DNA of 64,000 nucleotides from Gemmatimonadota bacterium (lineage in GTDB: Bacteria; Gemmatimonadota; Gemmatimonadetes; Longimicrobiales; Gaopeijiaceae): positions 40,280 to 104,279 of the forward strand of contig JAJEBW010000021.1 of the NCBI GenBank assembly GCA_022822325.1. The letters run 5' to 3'. A program made the translations under genes and the position numbers. The notes under the pieces were generated by a model. The model searched no databases and was not told the DNA's origin. It saw only the letters and a program-made list of their open reading frames with translations. Of this stretch, positions 29,860-38,427 are shown one piece after another (position 1 is the stretch's first letter; every line of letters starts with the position of its first letter).

Positions 29860-30300
29860 ATGATGACTCGGAACCCGAAAACCACCGGTATCGCATTCGT
29901 CGTCGGAGCGCTCGCGCTGATCGTCGTTGGCTGCGACTCCTCCGGTTCCGCTGGACCGGAAACTCCCGCGGAGGCTACACCCACCATCACGGTCTTCGAC
30001 GGCAGTGATCCGGCTCGCGTCGAGATCAATGCACCGAAAGGCCATCGTGGACCCTTCAGGGTTCGCAGCATTTCCCAGGCCGGTGAGGTTCTCACGGAAA
30101 CGACCTTCGACCCGGCAAATCCAACTGCCAACCTTCCTTTTGCCACCCGGCAAATTGTGAACGATCCCGGATTGGCGGAAGTTATTCGCGAATTGCGACA
30201 GCAAGGACTTACGGTCCCGGAAATAGTTGATCGAGTACAAGAGTCCGTTGAATCGGGCGACGATCCACGGCTGGGCACAGTTCGCGAAAGGATCAAATGA
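29860..30300 (+). CDS. Hypothetical lipoprotein (low-GC islet)
   Basis: Track ORF 29725..30300. ATG 29860 is preceded by GGAGAG at 7 nt. MMTRNPKTTGIAFVVGALALIVVGC lipobox. No family recognised. Hand-counted 60-nt rows give about 50-57% GC against about 70% in the flanks. Confidence 0.6.
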   Translation: MMTRNPKTTGIAFVVGALALIVVGCDSSGSAGPETPAEATPTITVFDGSDPARVEINAPKGHRGPFRVRSISQAGEVLTETTFDPANPTANLPFATRQIVNDPGLAEVIRELRQQGLTVPEIVDRVQESVESGDDPRLGTVRERIK

Positions 30301-30804
30301 ATGAAAATGGTGATCCTGGGACTTGCCTTGGCAGCGATAACCTCACCCGCATTCGTTGCGGATTTGCGATCGGACGATGCGCCGGAAGTTTCCGCGTGTG
30401 CAATCCCCGATCGTGCGGCGTGCGCGATTCCTTTTGCGTCACAGACGGTTTGTCCCGAGTGCGAGGCGTGTACGAGAGTATGCGACGAACTCACCCGACT
30501 CGCTGCTGCGATTTGTATAGCCGCCGCCGCCGTTCCACACCCGGCTTCGGCGGCTACCTGCGCCGCGGCAGAGGCCGTTGCATTCGCGACGTGTCTTGAG
30601 TGCGACCGGATCTGCGAAGAATGCGCTGACGACGACGATGGACCAGGTGGGGGTGGGAACCGTGGTGGCGGCGACGATGATCCGCCACCGGGTGAGATCT
30701 GCGAATCCGGGCACTATTCTTCACAGGGCTTTTGCTGTGACGAGTGGTACCACGTACCCAAACCGGGAGGCGGATTTGCGGAAATGTGCGTGGTGTACAG
30801 CTGA
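30301..30804 (+). CDS. Secreted cysteine-rich protein (16 Cys in 167 aa) with two CxxC-containing repeat modules and a Gly/Asp linker
   Basis: The ATG follows the lipoprotein stop directly (TGA-ATG). Signal peptide MKMVILGLALAAITSPAFVA. Module A: C41-x9-C-x2-C-x2-C-x3-C. Module B: C87-x10-C-x2-C-x3-C-x2-C. Linker DDDDGPGGGGNRGGGDDDPPPGE. No family recognised. Confidence 0.6.
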   Translation: MKMVILGLALAAITSPAFVADLRSDDAPEVSACAIPDRAACAIPFASQTVCPECEACTRVCDELTRLAAAICIAAAAVPHPASAATCAAAEAVAFATCLECDRICEECADDDDGPGGGGNRGGGDDDPPPGEICESGHYSSQGFCCDEWYHVPKPGGGFAEMCVVYS

Positions 30805-31108
30805 CGCCGGGCAGGTCGTATAAGCGCCACCGATTTGGAGGCCGAGCGCTGCAGCATTCCGGCCATTGACGCAGGCCAGCGCCCTGCCGTGGATCCGGGT
30901 GGGTCCATCCGGATCAAGTCTGCTCCTTACCCTGCTCACAGACCGACGCTTCCGCAACCTGCTCAAGTCATTGGTCACTGGGATTTCCAGGAGCCACCAG
31001 CGCGTCCCACCGTAGGCACTGAAGGTCCATGAGGTAATCGCCGGGATACCGAGTGAATTCAAAGCGCGCCGTCCGTCTCATCGTCAATCTGCTTGCGGAG
31101 CCATCCGC

Positions 31109-31275
31109 GTGAGCCCCGTCTCCGAAACCATCGTCGAAGCCGCCGCCCTCGAATGGCTCGCCGCTCTCGGTTGGCAGGTCGCCCACGGCCCCCGACAATG
31201 CCCCGCACGCGGCGGGCGCACTACGAACAGACCACTCCGCGGTCGCTCTGGAGAACCAGTTGCGCGACGCCCCGT
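31109..31275 (+). pseudogene. hsdR: Remnant of a type I restriction enzyme R subunit (hsdR) N-terminus, frameshifted and truncated
   Basis: VSPVSETIVEAAALEWLAALGWQVAHGP matches the common HsdR N-terminus pattern (..E..lVE.pAl.wl..LGW....G). After a C5 run (31189-31193), dropping one base gives DNAPHAAGALRTDHSAVALENQLRDA, which resembles the usual ...ER.dY.eVVLe.rLRdAL continuation. The remaining roughly 1000 codons are absent. Confidence 0.55.
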
Positions 31276-31382
31276 CAAGACGAAGTTGGTCCGGACATCC
31301 TTCGCGTGGTCCGCCGCCACACCCCTATCTTGACCGGACCTGTCTTCACCCGACCCGCACGCCACAGGGAGAGCCCAACGGA

Positions 31383-32750
31383 ATGAAAGACGTCGGAAGC
31401 AACAGCAGAGGGGGTGCGCGCGCACCCGGTCCACACGGCCGCCATCCGGGCCGGCCCGCGCAGGGGCCGGAGGCCGGACCCCACACGGAACAGGGAACGG
31501 AGCCATGCGCTGCGCGCACGGCAATCCGAAGGGCGGCGACGGCGGCGTTGGCCCACGTGAGCCTGGTCCTGATCGCGCTGGCCGCCGCCCCTGACCCCGC
31601 CCCCGCCACCCCCCAGCCCACCCCCATCGCGCTGGTCGGCGCCCGCATCCACACCGCCGCGGGACCCGCCATCGAGAACGGCGCGATCGTCTTTCAAAAC
31701 GGGACGATCACCGCCATCGGCGAGGGCCTCGTTCCGCCCGCCGACGCCGAGACGGTGGACCTGAGCGGCATGGTCGTCATGCCCGGAATGCTCGACAACC
31801 ACTCCCACATCGGCGCCGACATCCGCGACCTCAACGAATTCCCGATTCGCTTCGGCCCGCAGCACCGCATCCGCGACGTGCTCTCGCCCGACGACGCCTT
31901 CTGGAACGACGCCGTAAAGGGCGGCGTGACGACGATCATTACCGGGCCCGGCAGCGGCGAGGTCTCGAGCGGCCAGGCGATCGTGGTCAAGACCTGGGGC
32001 CCGTCGCTCGAGGAGCGGATCGTGAAGGAGCGCGGCGGACTCAAGATCGCGATGGGGCGCAAACGGCCCGGCCAGTCGCCAACCACGAGCATGGCCGTCA
32101 CTGCGATGCTGCGCGCCAAGTTCATCGAGGCGCAGGAGTACCAGGCGAAGTGGGATGCGTGGGAAGCGGGCGGCCGGGAAGGCCCGGCCCCGCCGCGCGA
32201 TCTGGGAATGGAGGCGGTGGTCCGCGTCCTCGTCGGCGAGGACCGGATCCGCGCGCACGTCCACCAGGCGCACGACATCCTCTCGATCATCCGCCTCTCG
32301 CAGGAGTTCGACTTCCACCTGACCATTCATCACTCCACCGAAGCGTACAAGGTGGCCGACGAGATTGCCGAGTCCGGGACCGATGTGGTGGGAATGCCGC
32401 TCTTCACCCGCATCGCGCTGTCCGACGAGGTCATGACCACCGGCACGCTGATGAACGAGATGGGCGTGCGCTTCACCTTCCACACCGACGACCCGGTGGT
32501 GGGCTCGAAGTGGCAGCGGGGCAACGCGGGGCTCGGGATTCGCCATGGAATGACCGAACAGGACGCGCTGGAGGCGGTGACGATCAACCCGGCCGCGATC
32601 GCCGGAATCGAGGACCGGGTGGGCAGCCTGGAGGTGGGCAAGGACGCCGACGTCGTGGTGCTGAACGGAACCTGGTACGAGGTCAGCACATTGGTGACGC
32701 GAGTGTACGTCGATGGGACGCTCGCCTACGACCGGGAGGAGGAACGATGA
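31383..32750 (+). CDS. Amidohydrolase family metallohydrolase (secreted; metal ligands intact)
   Basis: Track ORF 31260..32750. ATG 31383 is the first ATG, but the true start could be an internal non-ATG codon before the hydrophobic segment LAHVSLVLIALAAA. HxH motif MPGMLDNHSHIG. Later AHVH, IHHSTEA, FHTDDP. Confidence 0.8.
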   Translation: MKDVGSNSRGGARAPGPHGRHPGRPAQGPEAGPHTEQGTEPCAARTAIRRAATAALAHVSLVLIALAAAPDPAPATPQPTPIALVGARIHTAAGPAIENGAIVFQNGTITAIGEGLVPPADAETVDLSGMVVMPGMLDNHSHIGADIRDLNEFPIRFGPQHRIRDVLSPDDAFWNDAVKGGVTTIITGPGSGEVSSGQAIVVKTWGPSLEERIVKERGGLKIAMGRKRPGQSPTTSMAVTAMLRAKFIEAQEYQAKWDAWEAGGREGPAPPRDLGMEAVVRVLVGEDRIRAHVHQAHDILSIIRLSQEFDFHLTIHHSTEAYKVADEIAESGTDVVGMPLFTRIALSDEVMTTGTLMNEMGVRFTFHTDDPVVGSKWQRGNAGLGIRHGMTEQDALEAVTINPAAIAGIEDRVGSLEVGKDADVVVLNGTWYEVSTLVTRVYVDGTLAYDREEER

Positions 32751-34135
32751 GCCGGACTCGGCGGAGCGGGAACCGACGCGGCAAATCGGCGGAGCGGGGC
32801 GGCGCCATGGCTGAATGGGCCAGGGGCGGCGCCATGACCAGGGCGATGACGCTCGCCGCGGTCGCCATGGTCGCTCTCAGTGGCGGCGGGACCGGGGTCC
32901 GGGCACAGGCTGTCGCTCTTTCCGGGGGGCTCGTTTTCCCCATCTCCTCGGGCCCGATCGAAGGGGGCACGGTGCTGATGGTGGACGGCCGGATCGCCGC
33001 GGTGGGCGCGAATGTCCAAATCCCTGCGGGCGCGGAAGTTGTGGATGTGAGCGGGAGCGTGGTCATGCCCGGGATCATCGACGCCATGAGCTACTACGGG
33101 ATCGCCGGCGAGGATCTGAACGAGGTGCCGACCCCGCTGACGCCGGAGCTCAGGATCATCGAGGCCTTTTCGCCCTTTGGAACCTTCGGATCGGGTGCGG
33201 CGGGCGAGATTCGGGTTCGCGAGCTGCTGGCGGGAGGGGTGACGGCTACCTATATCGCGCCCGCGGACGCCACGGTGATCGGTGGACAGGGAGCGGTGGT
33301 GAAGACGGCGGGTGCGCGCTTCGACGACCTGATCGTGCGGGAGCCGGCGGCGATCGACATCACCCTGGGCGGGCGCCCGGCCTCGACTTACCGCGAACAG
33401 TCGCGGTCGCCCTCGACGCGGATGGCGGTGGTGGCGCAGTTGCGCGATCTGCTGGTGAGGACGCAGGAGTGGATGGCGGCGCGCGCAGGCGAGGCGAGCG
33501 AGGACGCGGAAGCCGGCGGGGCTGGCGCGGCCCCCCGCAACCTGGGGATGGAGGCGATGGCGCGGCTGCTGAATGGCGAAATTCCCGCCCGCGTGCAGGC
33601 CAACGCGACGCGCGACATCCGGGTGGCGATCGAGCTGGCCGAGGAGTTCGGCTTCGAGCTGGCGATCGACGGGGGCGCGGAGGCGCACGAGATGCGCGAC
33701 GAGCTTGCCGATCGCGGAATTCCGGTCGTTCTGGGGCCGATCTCGCACCCCTACATCTCGGGCGAGGAGATTCCCGACGCGGCCGAATACGGCGCGGTGG
33801 ACGAGCGCAACGCCCTCTGGCTGCACGAGGCCAGCGTCCACATCTCGCTGGCCAGCTTCTCGCGCGGCTTCGGGAGCTTCGGGCCGGGCGCGGCGGGCCA
33901 GTGGCTGCTGATCGACGCCTCGATCGCGCATGGTCACGGGATGAGCCAGGCCGATGTCCTGCGGGCGGTGACGCTGAGCCCGGCCGAGGCGCTGGGGGTG
34001 GACGACCGCCTGGGAAGCCTCGAGGTGGGCAAGGACGCGGACGTGGTCGTCTTCGACGGCGATCCGCTGAGCATTCGCACCTGGGCGACCCGCGTGTACG
34101 TCGGCGGGCGGCTGGTTCACGAGAGGGAGAACTGA
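32747..34135 (+). CDS. Amidohydrolase-fold paralogue lacking the metal-binding residues (probable pseudoenzyme)
   Basis: ATG 32747 overlaps the upstream stop (ATGA). Aligns with the upstream protein, but HSH is replaced by MSY (MPGIIDAMSYYG, nt 33080-33094). The later His/Asp positions read ARVQAN, IDGGAEA, ASFSRG. Confidence 0.75.
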   Translation: MSRTRRSGNRRGKSAERGGAMAEWARGGAMTRAMTLAAVAMVALSGGGTGVRAQAVALSGGLVFPISSGPIEGGTVLMVDGRIAAVGANVQIPAGAEVVDVSGSVVMPGIIDAMSYYGIAGEDLNEVPTPLTPELRIIEAFSPFGTFGSGAAGEIRVRELLAGGVTATYIAPADATVIGGQGAVVKTAGARFDDLIVREPAAIDITLGGRPASTYREQSRSPSTRMAVVAQLRDLLVRTQEWMAARAGEASEDAEAGGAGAAPRNLGMEAMARLLNGEIPARVQANATRDIRVAIELAEEFGFELAIDGGAEAHEMRDELADRGIPVVLGPISHPYISGEEIPDAAEYGAVDERNALWLHEASVHISLASFSRGFGSFGPGAAGQWLLIDASIAHGHGMSQADVLRAVTLSPAEALGVDDRLGSLEVGKDADVVVFDGDPLSIRTWATRVYVGGRLVHEREN

Positions 34136-34151
34136 AGGGATGGCCCGCTGA

Positions 34152-35387
34152 ATGCGCGTCGGCATTGTCGGTGGCGGGATCGTCGGCCTCGCGACGGCCT
34201 GGTATCTGCGGAAGCTCGGCGCGGTCCCGGTCGTGATCGAGACCTGGAAGCTCGGCGGCGGCTGCTCTTTCGGGAACGCGGGCTGGATCTGTCCCTCGAT
34301 CTCGACGCCGCTGCCCGCCCCCGGCCTCACCTGGAAGTCGCTCCTCTGGACGATGCGGCGCGACAGCCCGCTCTACATCCGGCCACGCGCCCTCCCCCGG
34401 CTGGCCCCATGGCTGATGCGCTTCCGTTCGCACTGCAACCACGCCGATCACGAGCGCGGAATCCGAGCGCTGGCGGCGCTCAATGCGGTCACGATGGCGC
34501 GCTACGACGAGTTGGCGGCCGACGGCGTCGATTTCGAGATGGAACGCGCCGGGATCCTCATGGTCTTTCCCGATTCGGGGAAGGCGGCCGAGGCACGGGC
34601 CGAGGTGGAAGCGGTGGCGGAGGCGGGGGCCGCGGCCTGCCGCGAGGTGGATGCAGCCGAGCTCTACGAGATGGAACCACTGCTGCGCCCCGGCTTCCGC
34701 CATGGCGTCTTCGTCGAGGGCGAGCGACATCTTCGTCCCGACACCCTGACGGCGGGACTGGGCGCGGCGCTGCTGCGGGCGGGGGCGGAGATCCACGAGG
34801 GCGCGCTGGCGACCGGCTTTCGCAGCGAGGGACGGCGGGTGAGGGCGATCGTGACATCCCGGGGCGACCTGGAGGTGGACGCCGTGGTGGTGGCGGCGGG
34901 CGCGCAGAGCGGAACCCTGAGCCGCGCCCTCGGCTGCCCCATTCCGCTGACCGCCGGCAAGGGCTATTCCGTCACGATTGACGAGCCGGTCAACCAGTTG
35001 CGGCAGCCGCTCTACCTGGGTGGCGCCAAGATCGGGATGACTCCCTTCGCGGGGACGCTCCGCTTCTCGGGAACGATGGAACTCTCGGGAATCAACCGCC
35101 GCCTGGACAGCGCGCGCGTCGAATCGCTGCGGCGGCAGGTCGCTCAAGCGGTGCAGATTCCCGAAGCTCGCACGGGGGGACGCGCCTGGGTGGGGATGCG
35201 ACCGATGACGCCGGATACGCTGCCGGTGATCGGGGCGCTGCCGACGCGCGACAACGCCTACCTGAACACCGGCCACCAGATGCTGGGTCTGACGCTGGGT
35301 CCGAGCAGCGGCTGGGCGCTCGCCGCGATGGTGGCCGAGGGGCGACGAGGGGTGGATCTGGGGGCCTTTTCGCCGGGGCGGTGGTAG
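34152..35387 (+). CDS. D-amino-acid dehydrogenase-like FAD oxidoreductase
   Basis: MRVGIVGGGIVGLATAWYLRKLG..., ...PLTAGKGYSVTI..., ...WVGMRPMTPDTLPVIG...NTGH. Collinear with DadA proteins. Confidence 0.8.
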   Translation: MRVGIVGGGIVGLATAWYLRKLGAVPVVIETWKLGGGCSFGNAGWICPSISTPLPAPGLTWKSLLWTMRRDSPLYIRPRALPRLAPWLMRFRSHCNHADHERGIRALAALNAVTMARYDELAADGVDFEMERAGILMVFPDSGKAAEARAEVEAVAEAGAAACREVDAAELYEMEPLLRPGFRHGVFVEGERHLRPDTLTAGLGAALLRAGAEIHEGALATGFRSEGRRVRAIVTSRGDLEVDAVVVAAGAQSGTLSRALGCPIPLTAGKGYSVTIDEPVNQLRQPLYLGGAKIGMTPFAGTLRFSGTMELSGINRRLDSARVESLRRQVAQAVQIPEARTGGRAWVGMRPMTPDTLPVIGALPTRDNAYLNTGHQMLGLTLGPSSGWALAAMVAEGRRGVDLGAFSPGRW

Positions 35388-35445
35388 ATTGGGCGTTGAA
35401 TCGCCGCCGCAACCGCAACCACCAGGACTAAGGGACTACCGAACG

Positions 35446-36039
35446 ATGAACCCCGACACTCTGTCGCGCCGCCGCCGCCGCGCATCCCGCAGGCGCGCCG
35501 CCGCCGCCCACCTGACGGTCGCGCTGGCGATCGTGGCCGTGGCGATGCCGTCGCCCTCCTCCCCCCAACCCCCCGCCCCCCCGCCCGCAAACCCCGCCGA
35601 CGTGGAATCGATCGACGCCATCATGAAGGCCGTCTACGAGGTCATCTCCGGCGACGCCGGCGTGCCGCGCGACTGGGACCGCTTCCGCTCGCTCTTCGCG
35701 CCCGGAGCCACCCTGAGCCCGACCGGCTTCGACGGCGAACGCTATCAGCGCAACATCATCACCCCGGCCGAGTACGCCGAGCGCGTCGGATCGTCGCTTG
35801 AGCAAAACGGCTTCCACGAGGTCGAGATCCACCGCGTCACCGAGCGGTACGGCGTCATTGCGCACGCCTTCAGCACCTACGAATCGCGGCGGCTGGAGTC
35901 CGACCCCGAACCCTTCGCCCGCGGCATCAACTCCTTTCAGCTCCTCAACGACGGATCGCGCTGGTGGGTCGTCTCGATCTTCTGGCTGGGCGAGAGCGAG
36001 GACCACCCGATTCCGGCGCAGTATCTGCCTGGAGGGTAG
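35446..36039 (+). CDS. Hypothetical exported protein, possibly NTF2/SnoaL-like fold
   Basis: Track ORF 35389..36039, start at ATG 35446 (MNPDTLSRRRRRASRR..., Arg-rich then hydrophobic segment). The fold assignment is only a guess from size and pattern. Confidence 0.5.
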   Translation: MNPDTLSRRRRRASRRRAAAAHLTVALAIVAVAMPSPSSPQPPAPPPANPADVESIDAIMKAVYEVISGDAGVPRDWDRFRSLFAPGATLSPTGFDGERYQRNIITPAEYAERVGSSLEQNGFHEVEIHRVTERYGVIAHAFSTYESRRLESDPEPFARGINSFQLLNDGSRWWVVSIFWLGESEDHPIPAQYLPGG

Positions 36040-36051
36040 GGAGAAACGAAA

Positions 36052-36525
36052 ATGGAGACGGCGACATTCGAGGGACCGGACGAGTTCGACGCCGGCCAGT
36101 ACGAAGACGATGCGCGGCAGCGGTGGGGCGGCACCGATGCCTACCGGGAATCGATGCGCCGCACGAAGCGCTACGGAAAGGGGGACTGGGCCCGGATCCG
36201 GCAGGAGGGCGAGGAGATCGTGGCCGCGATGGCCGCGCTGCTGGCCGAAGGAGCCCACGCCGCCAGCCGCGCCGCGATGGATCGGGCCGAGGCGCACCGC
36301 CGCCACATCGACCGTTGGTTCTACCCGTGCAGCCGCGCCATGCACGTGAACCTGGCCGGGATGTACACCGCCGATCCGCGCTTCAGGGAGTACTTCGAGA
36401 AACGCGCCGCGGGGCTGGCGGTCTTCGTGCAGGACGCGATCCGGGCCAATGCGGCCAGACACCGGGCGCGGGGCCGGGCGGGCGCGGGTTCAGATTCGGG
36501 TTCGCGCGCGGACGCGGCCTCGTGA
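36052..36525 (+). CDS. Stand-alone TipAS-like antibiotic-recognition domain protein (no MerR DNA-binding domain)
   Basis: 157 aa. ...YEDDARQRWGGTDAYRESMRRTKRYGKGDW...AHRRHIDRWFYPCSRAMHVNLAGMYTADPRFREYFEKRAAGLAVFVQDAI matches the TipAS pattern. Confidence 0.7.
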   Translation: METATFEGPDEFDAGQYEDDARQRWGGTDAYRESMRRTKRYGKGDWARIRQEGEEIVAAMAALLAEGAHAASRAAMDRAEAHRRHIDRWFYPCSRAMHVNLAGMYTADPRFREYFEKRAAGLAVFVQDAIRANAARHRARGRAGAGSDSGSRADAAS

Positions 36526-36641
36526 TGGCCACCGGCAAGGACCGGGACGCCCGCTTCGGCGTTGCGCTGGGGCGGGTGCTTCTGGTGCAGGCGGTGGCGC
36601 TGGCGCTGCTGTGGTGGCTGCAGAGCGCATTTCACCGGTAA
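36525..36641 (+). CDS. Possible 38-aa single-TM peptide upstream of the symporter
   Basis: The ATG overlaps the TipAS stop by 1 nt (TGATG). MATGKDRDARFGVALGRVLLVQAVALALLWWLQSAFHR. Stops 7 nt before the symporter ATG. Too short for the ORF track; not verified. Confidence 0.35.
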   Translation: MATGKDRDARFGVALGRVLLVQAVALALLWWLQSAFHR

Positions 36642-36648
36642 GCCGCCC

Positions 36649-38427
36649 ATGCACCCCGTCAACTGGCTGATCGTCGCCGCCTATCTCGGTTACGTCGTCG
36701 TCGACGGCATTCGCCGGTCGCGCGGCACCCGCGAGATCGAAGGCTACTTCCTCGCGAGCCGCTCCCTTCCCTGGTGGGCGGTCGGTCTCTCGGTCATGGC
36801 CACGCAGCTCTCCGCCGTCACCATGATCGGCACCACCGGACAGGGCGCCACCGACGGCATCCGCTTCGTCCAGTTCTACTTCGGGCTGCCGCTCGCGATG
36901 GTCATCCTGGGGGTCACGCTGGTCCCCTTCCTGCGCGGCGAGGGCGTCTACACCGCCTACGAATACCTGCAACGCCGCTTCGGTCCCGGCACCCGCACCA
37001 TGACCGCCGCCCTCTTTCTGCTCTCGCGCGGAATGTCCTGCGGCGTCATCATCGCGGCGCCGGCGGTCGTCTTCTCGGCCGTCTTCGGCTGGCCGCTGGT
37101 CTGGTGCGTCGCGCTGATCGGCATCCCCACCGTCGCCTACACCATGATCGGCGGCATACAGGCGGTCACCTGGGCCGACGTCAAGCAGATGATCCTCATT
37201 GTGGCCGCGCTCCTGGTCATTGTGGTCGCGCTCTTTGTGCAGATGCCGGTATCACCCGGCGAGGCGCTGCAGATCGCGGGAGCCACCGGGCGCCTCCAGG
37301 TCTTCGACTTCAGCTTCAACCTCAACGAAACGTACACCTTCTGGTCCGGCCTGATCGGCGGCACCTTCCTCATGTTGTCCTACTTCGGCACCGACCAGAG
37401 CCAGGTTCAACGCTACCTTGCCGCAAAATCGGTCGACGCCGCGCGCACATCGCTCCTGATGAGCGCCTACTGGAAGATCCCGCTTCAGGCGCTTGTGCTT
37501 CTTGTGGGCGTCATGGTGTTTGTATATTACCAGTTCCAGATGCCGCCGCTCCTGTACAATCCCGCGCATGAACAAACCGTTGCGGCTGCGCGCCAGACCG
37601 AATATCAGGCGTTGCAGAACCGGTATGCCGATGCATGGGAGGGGAGGGAGCGCGCCGCTCGCCGCGCGGCCGCGTTGGCCGGTCAGGATGGGCCGGATTC
37701 GCCAAACGGAGAGAGTTCGGCTGCGGCGCCGCAGGCGGCGCCAACGCCGGAAGCGCGGCCACCGGTCGGCCAGGAGGCTGCCATGGCGGCCGCCTTCGAC
37801 GACTTCCTCGCGCGGGAGGCGTCCGTCCAGGAGATCCGTTCGGAGGCGCTCGCCATGGCCGAAGAGGTGACGGGCGAGCCCTCGCGCGACGTCAACTACA
37901 TCATCCCCAACTTTGTGTTGAACGATCTTCCGGTCGGACTGGCGGGCATCTTCATCGCCGCAATTCTGGCGGCCGCCATGTCGAGCATCTCGTCGGAGCT
38001 CAACGCCCTCTCGACCACGACCATCATCGACTTCTACCGCCGCTGGTTCGGGGCCGGCGCCAACGATCGCCACCACCTGATCGCGTCGAAGATCGCCACC
38101 GCATTCTGGGGCGTCTTCGCCTGCGTGGTGGCGCTCTACGCCGTCAGCCTGGGGTCGCTCATCGAAGTCGTCAACCGCTTCGGGTCGTTCTTCTACGGTT
38201 CGATTCTGGGGGTGTTCCTCCTGGCCATGGTGCCGCGCGCGGGCGGAATCGGCGCGCTCCTTGGCCTCATCGCGGGAATGGTGGCGGTCGCGGCGACGGG
38301 CATCTGGGCGCCATCGGTGTCCTTCCTCTGGCACAATGTGATCGGCGCGGCGACGGTGCTCGCGGTGGGGTTCCTCTGCAGGCCCCTGGAGGGGGCTTGG
38401 GCGGCCGATCCGGGGAATCTCTCGTGA
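36649..38427 (+). CDS. Sodium:solute symporter (SSF) family transporter with a roughly 110-aa hydrophilic insert
   Basis: Track ORF 36562..38427, start at ATG 36649 (MHPVNWLIVAAYLGYVV...). SSF-type N-terminus ...GYFLASRSLPWWAVGLSVMATQLSAVTMIG. Hydrophilic loop ...EQTVAAARQTEYQAL...SRDVNY. Confidence 0.85.
   Translation: MHPVNWLIVAAYLGYVVVDGIRRSRGTREIEGYFLASRSLPWWAVGLSVMATQLSAVTMIGTTGQGATDGIRFVQFYFGLPLAMVILGVTLVPFLRGEGVYTAYEYLQRRFGPGTRTMTAALFLLSRGMSCGVIIAAPAVVFSAVFGWPLVWCVALIGIPTVAYTMIGGIQAVTWADVKQMILIVAALLVIVVALFVQMPVSPGEALQIAGATGRLQVFDFSFNLNETYTFWSGLIGGTFLMLSYFGTDQSQVQRYLAAKSVDAARTSLLMSAYWKIPLQALVLLVGVMVFVYYQFQMPPLLYNPAHEQTVAAARQTEYQALQNRYADAWEGRERAARRAAALAGQDGPDSPNGESSAAAPQAAPTPEARPPVGQEAAMAAAFDDFLAREASVQEIRSEALAMAEEVTGEPSRDVNYIIPNFVLNDLPVGLAGIFIAAILAAAMSSISSELNALSTTTIIDFYRRWFGAGANDRHHLIASKIATAFWGVFACVVALYAVSLGSLIEVVNRFGSFFYGSILGVFLLAMVPRAGGIGALLGLIAGMVAVAATGIWAPSVSFLWHNVIGAATVLAVGFLCRPLEGAWAADPGNLS

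Noticed and set aside
30805-31108. Short ORFs on both strands between the Cys-rich gene and the hsdR remnant (30721..31062 -, 30835..31032 +, 30968..31198 -)
   Set aside because: They are mutually overlapping, with no motifs, no SD context and intermediate GC. They are more likely decayed island DNA than genes, so the region is left unannotated.
36562-36648. Upstream extension of the symporter ORF (MRWGGCFWCRRWRWRCCGGC...)
   Set aside because: The extension is Cys/Arg/Trp nonsense and overlaps the better-supported 38-aa ORF in another frame. ATG 36649 gives a canonical SSF N-terminus.
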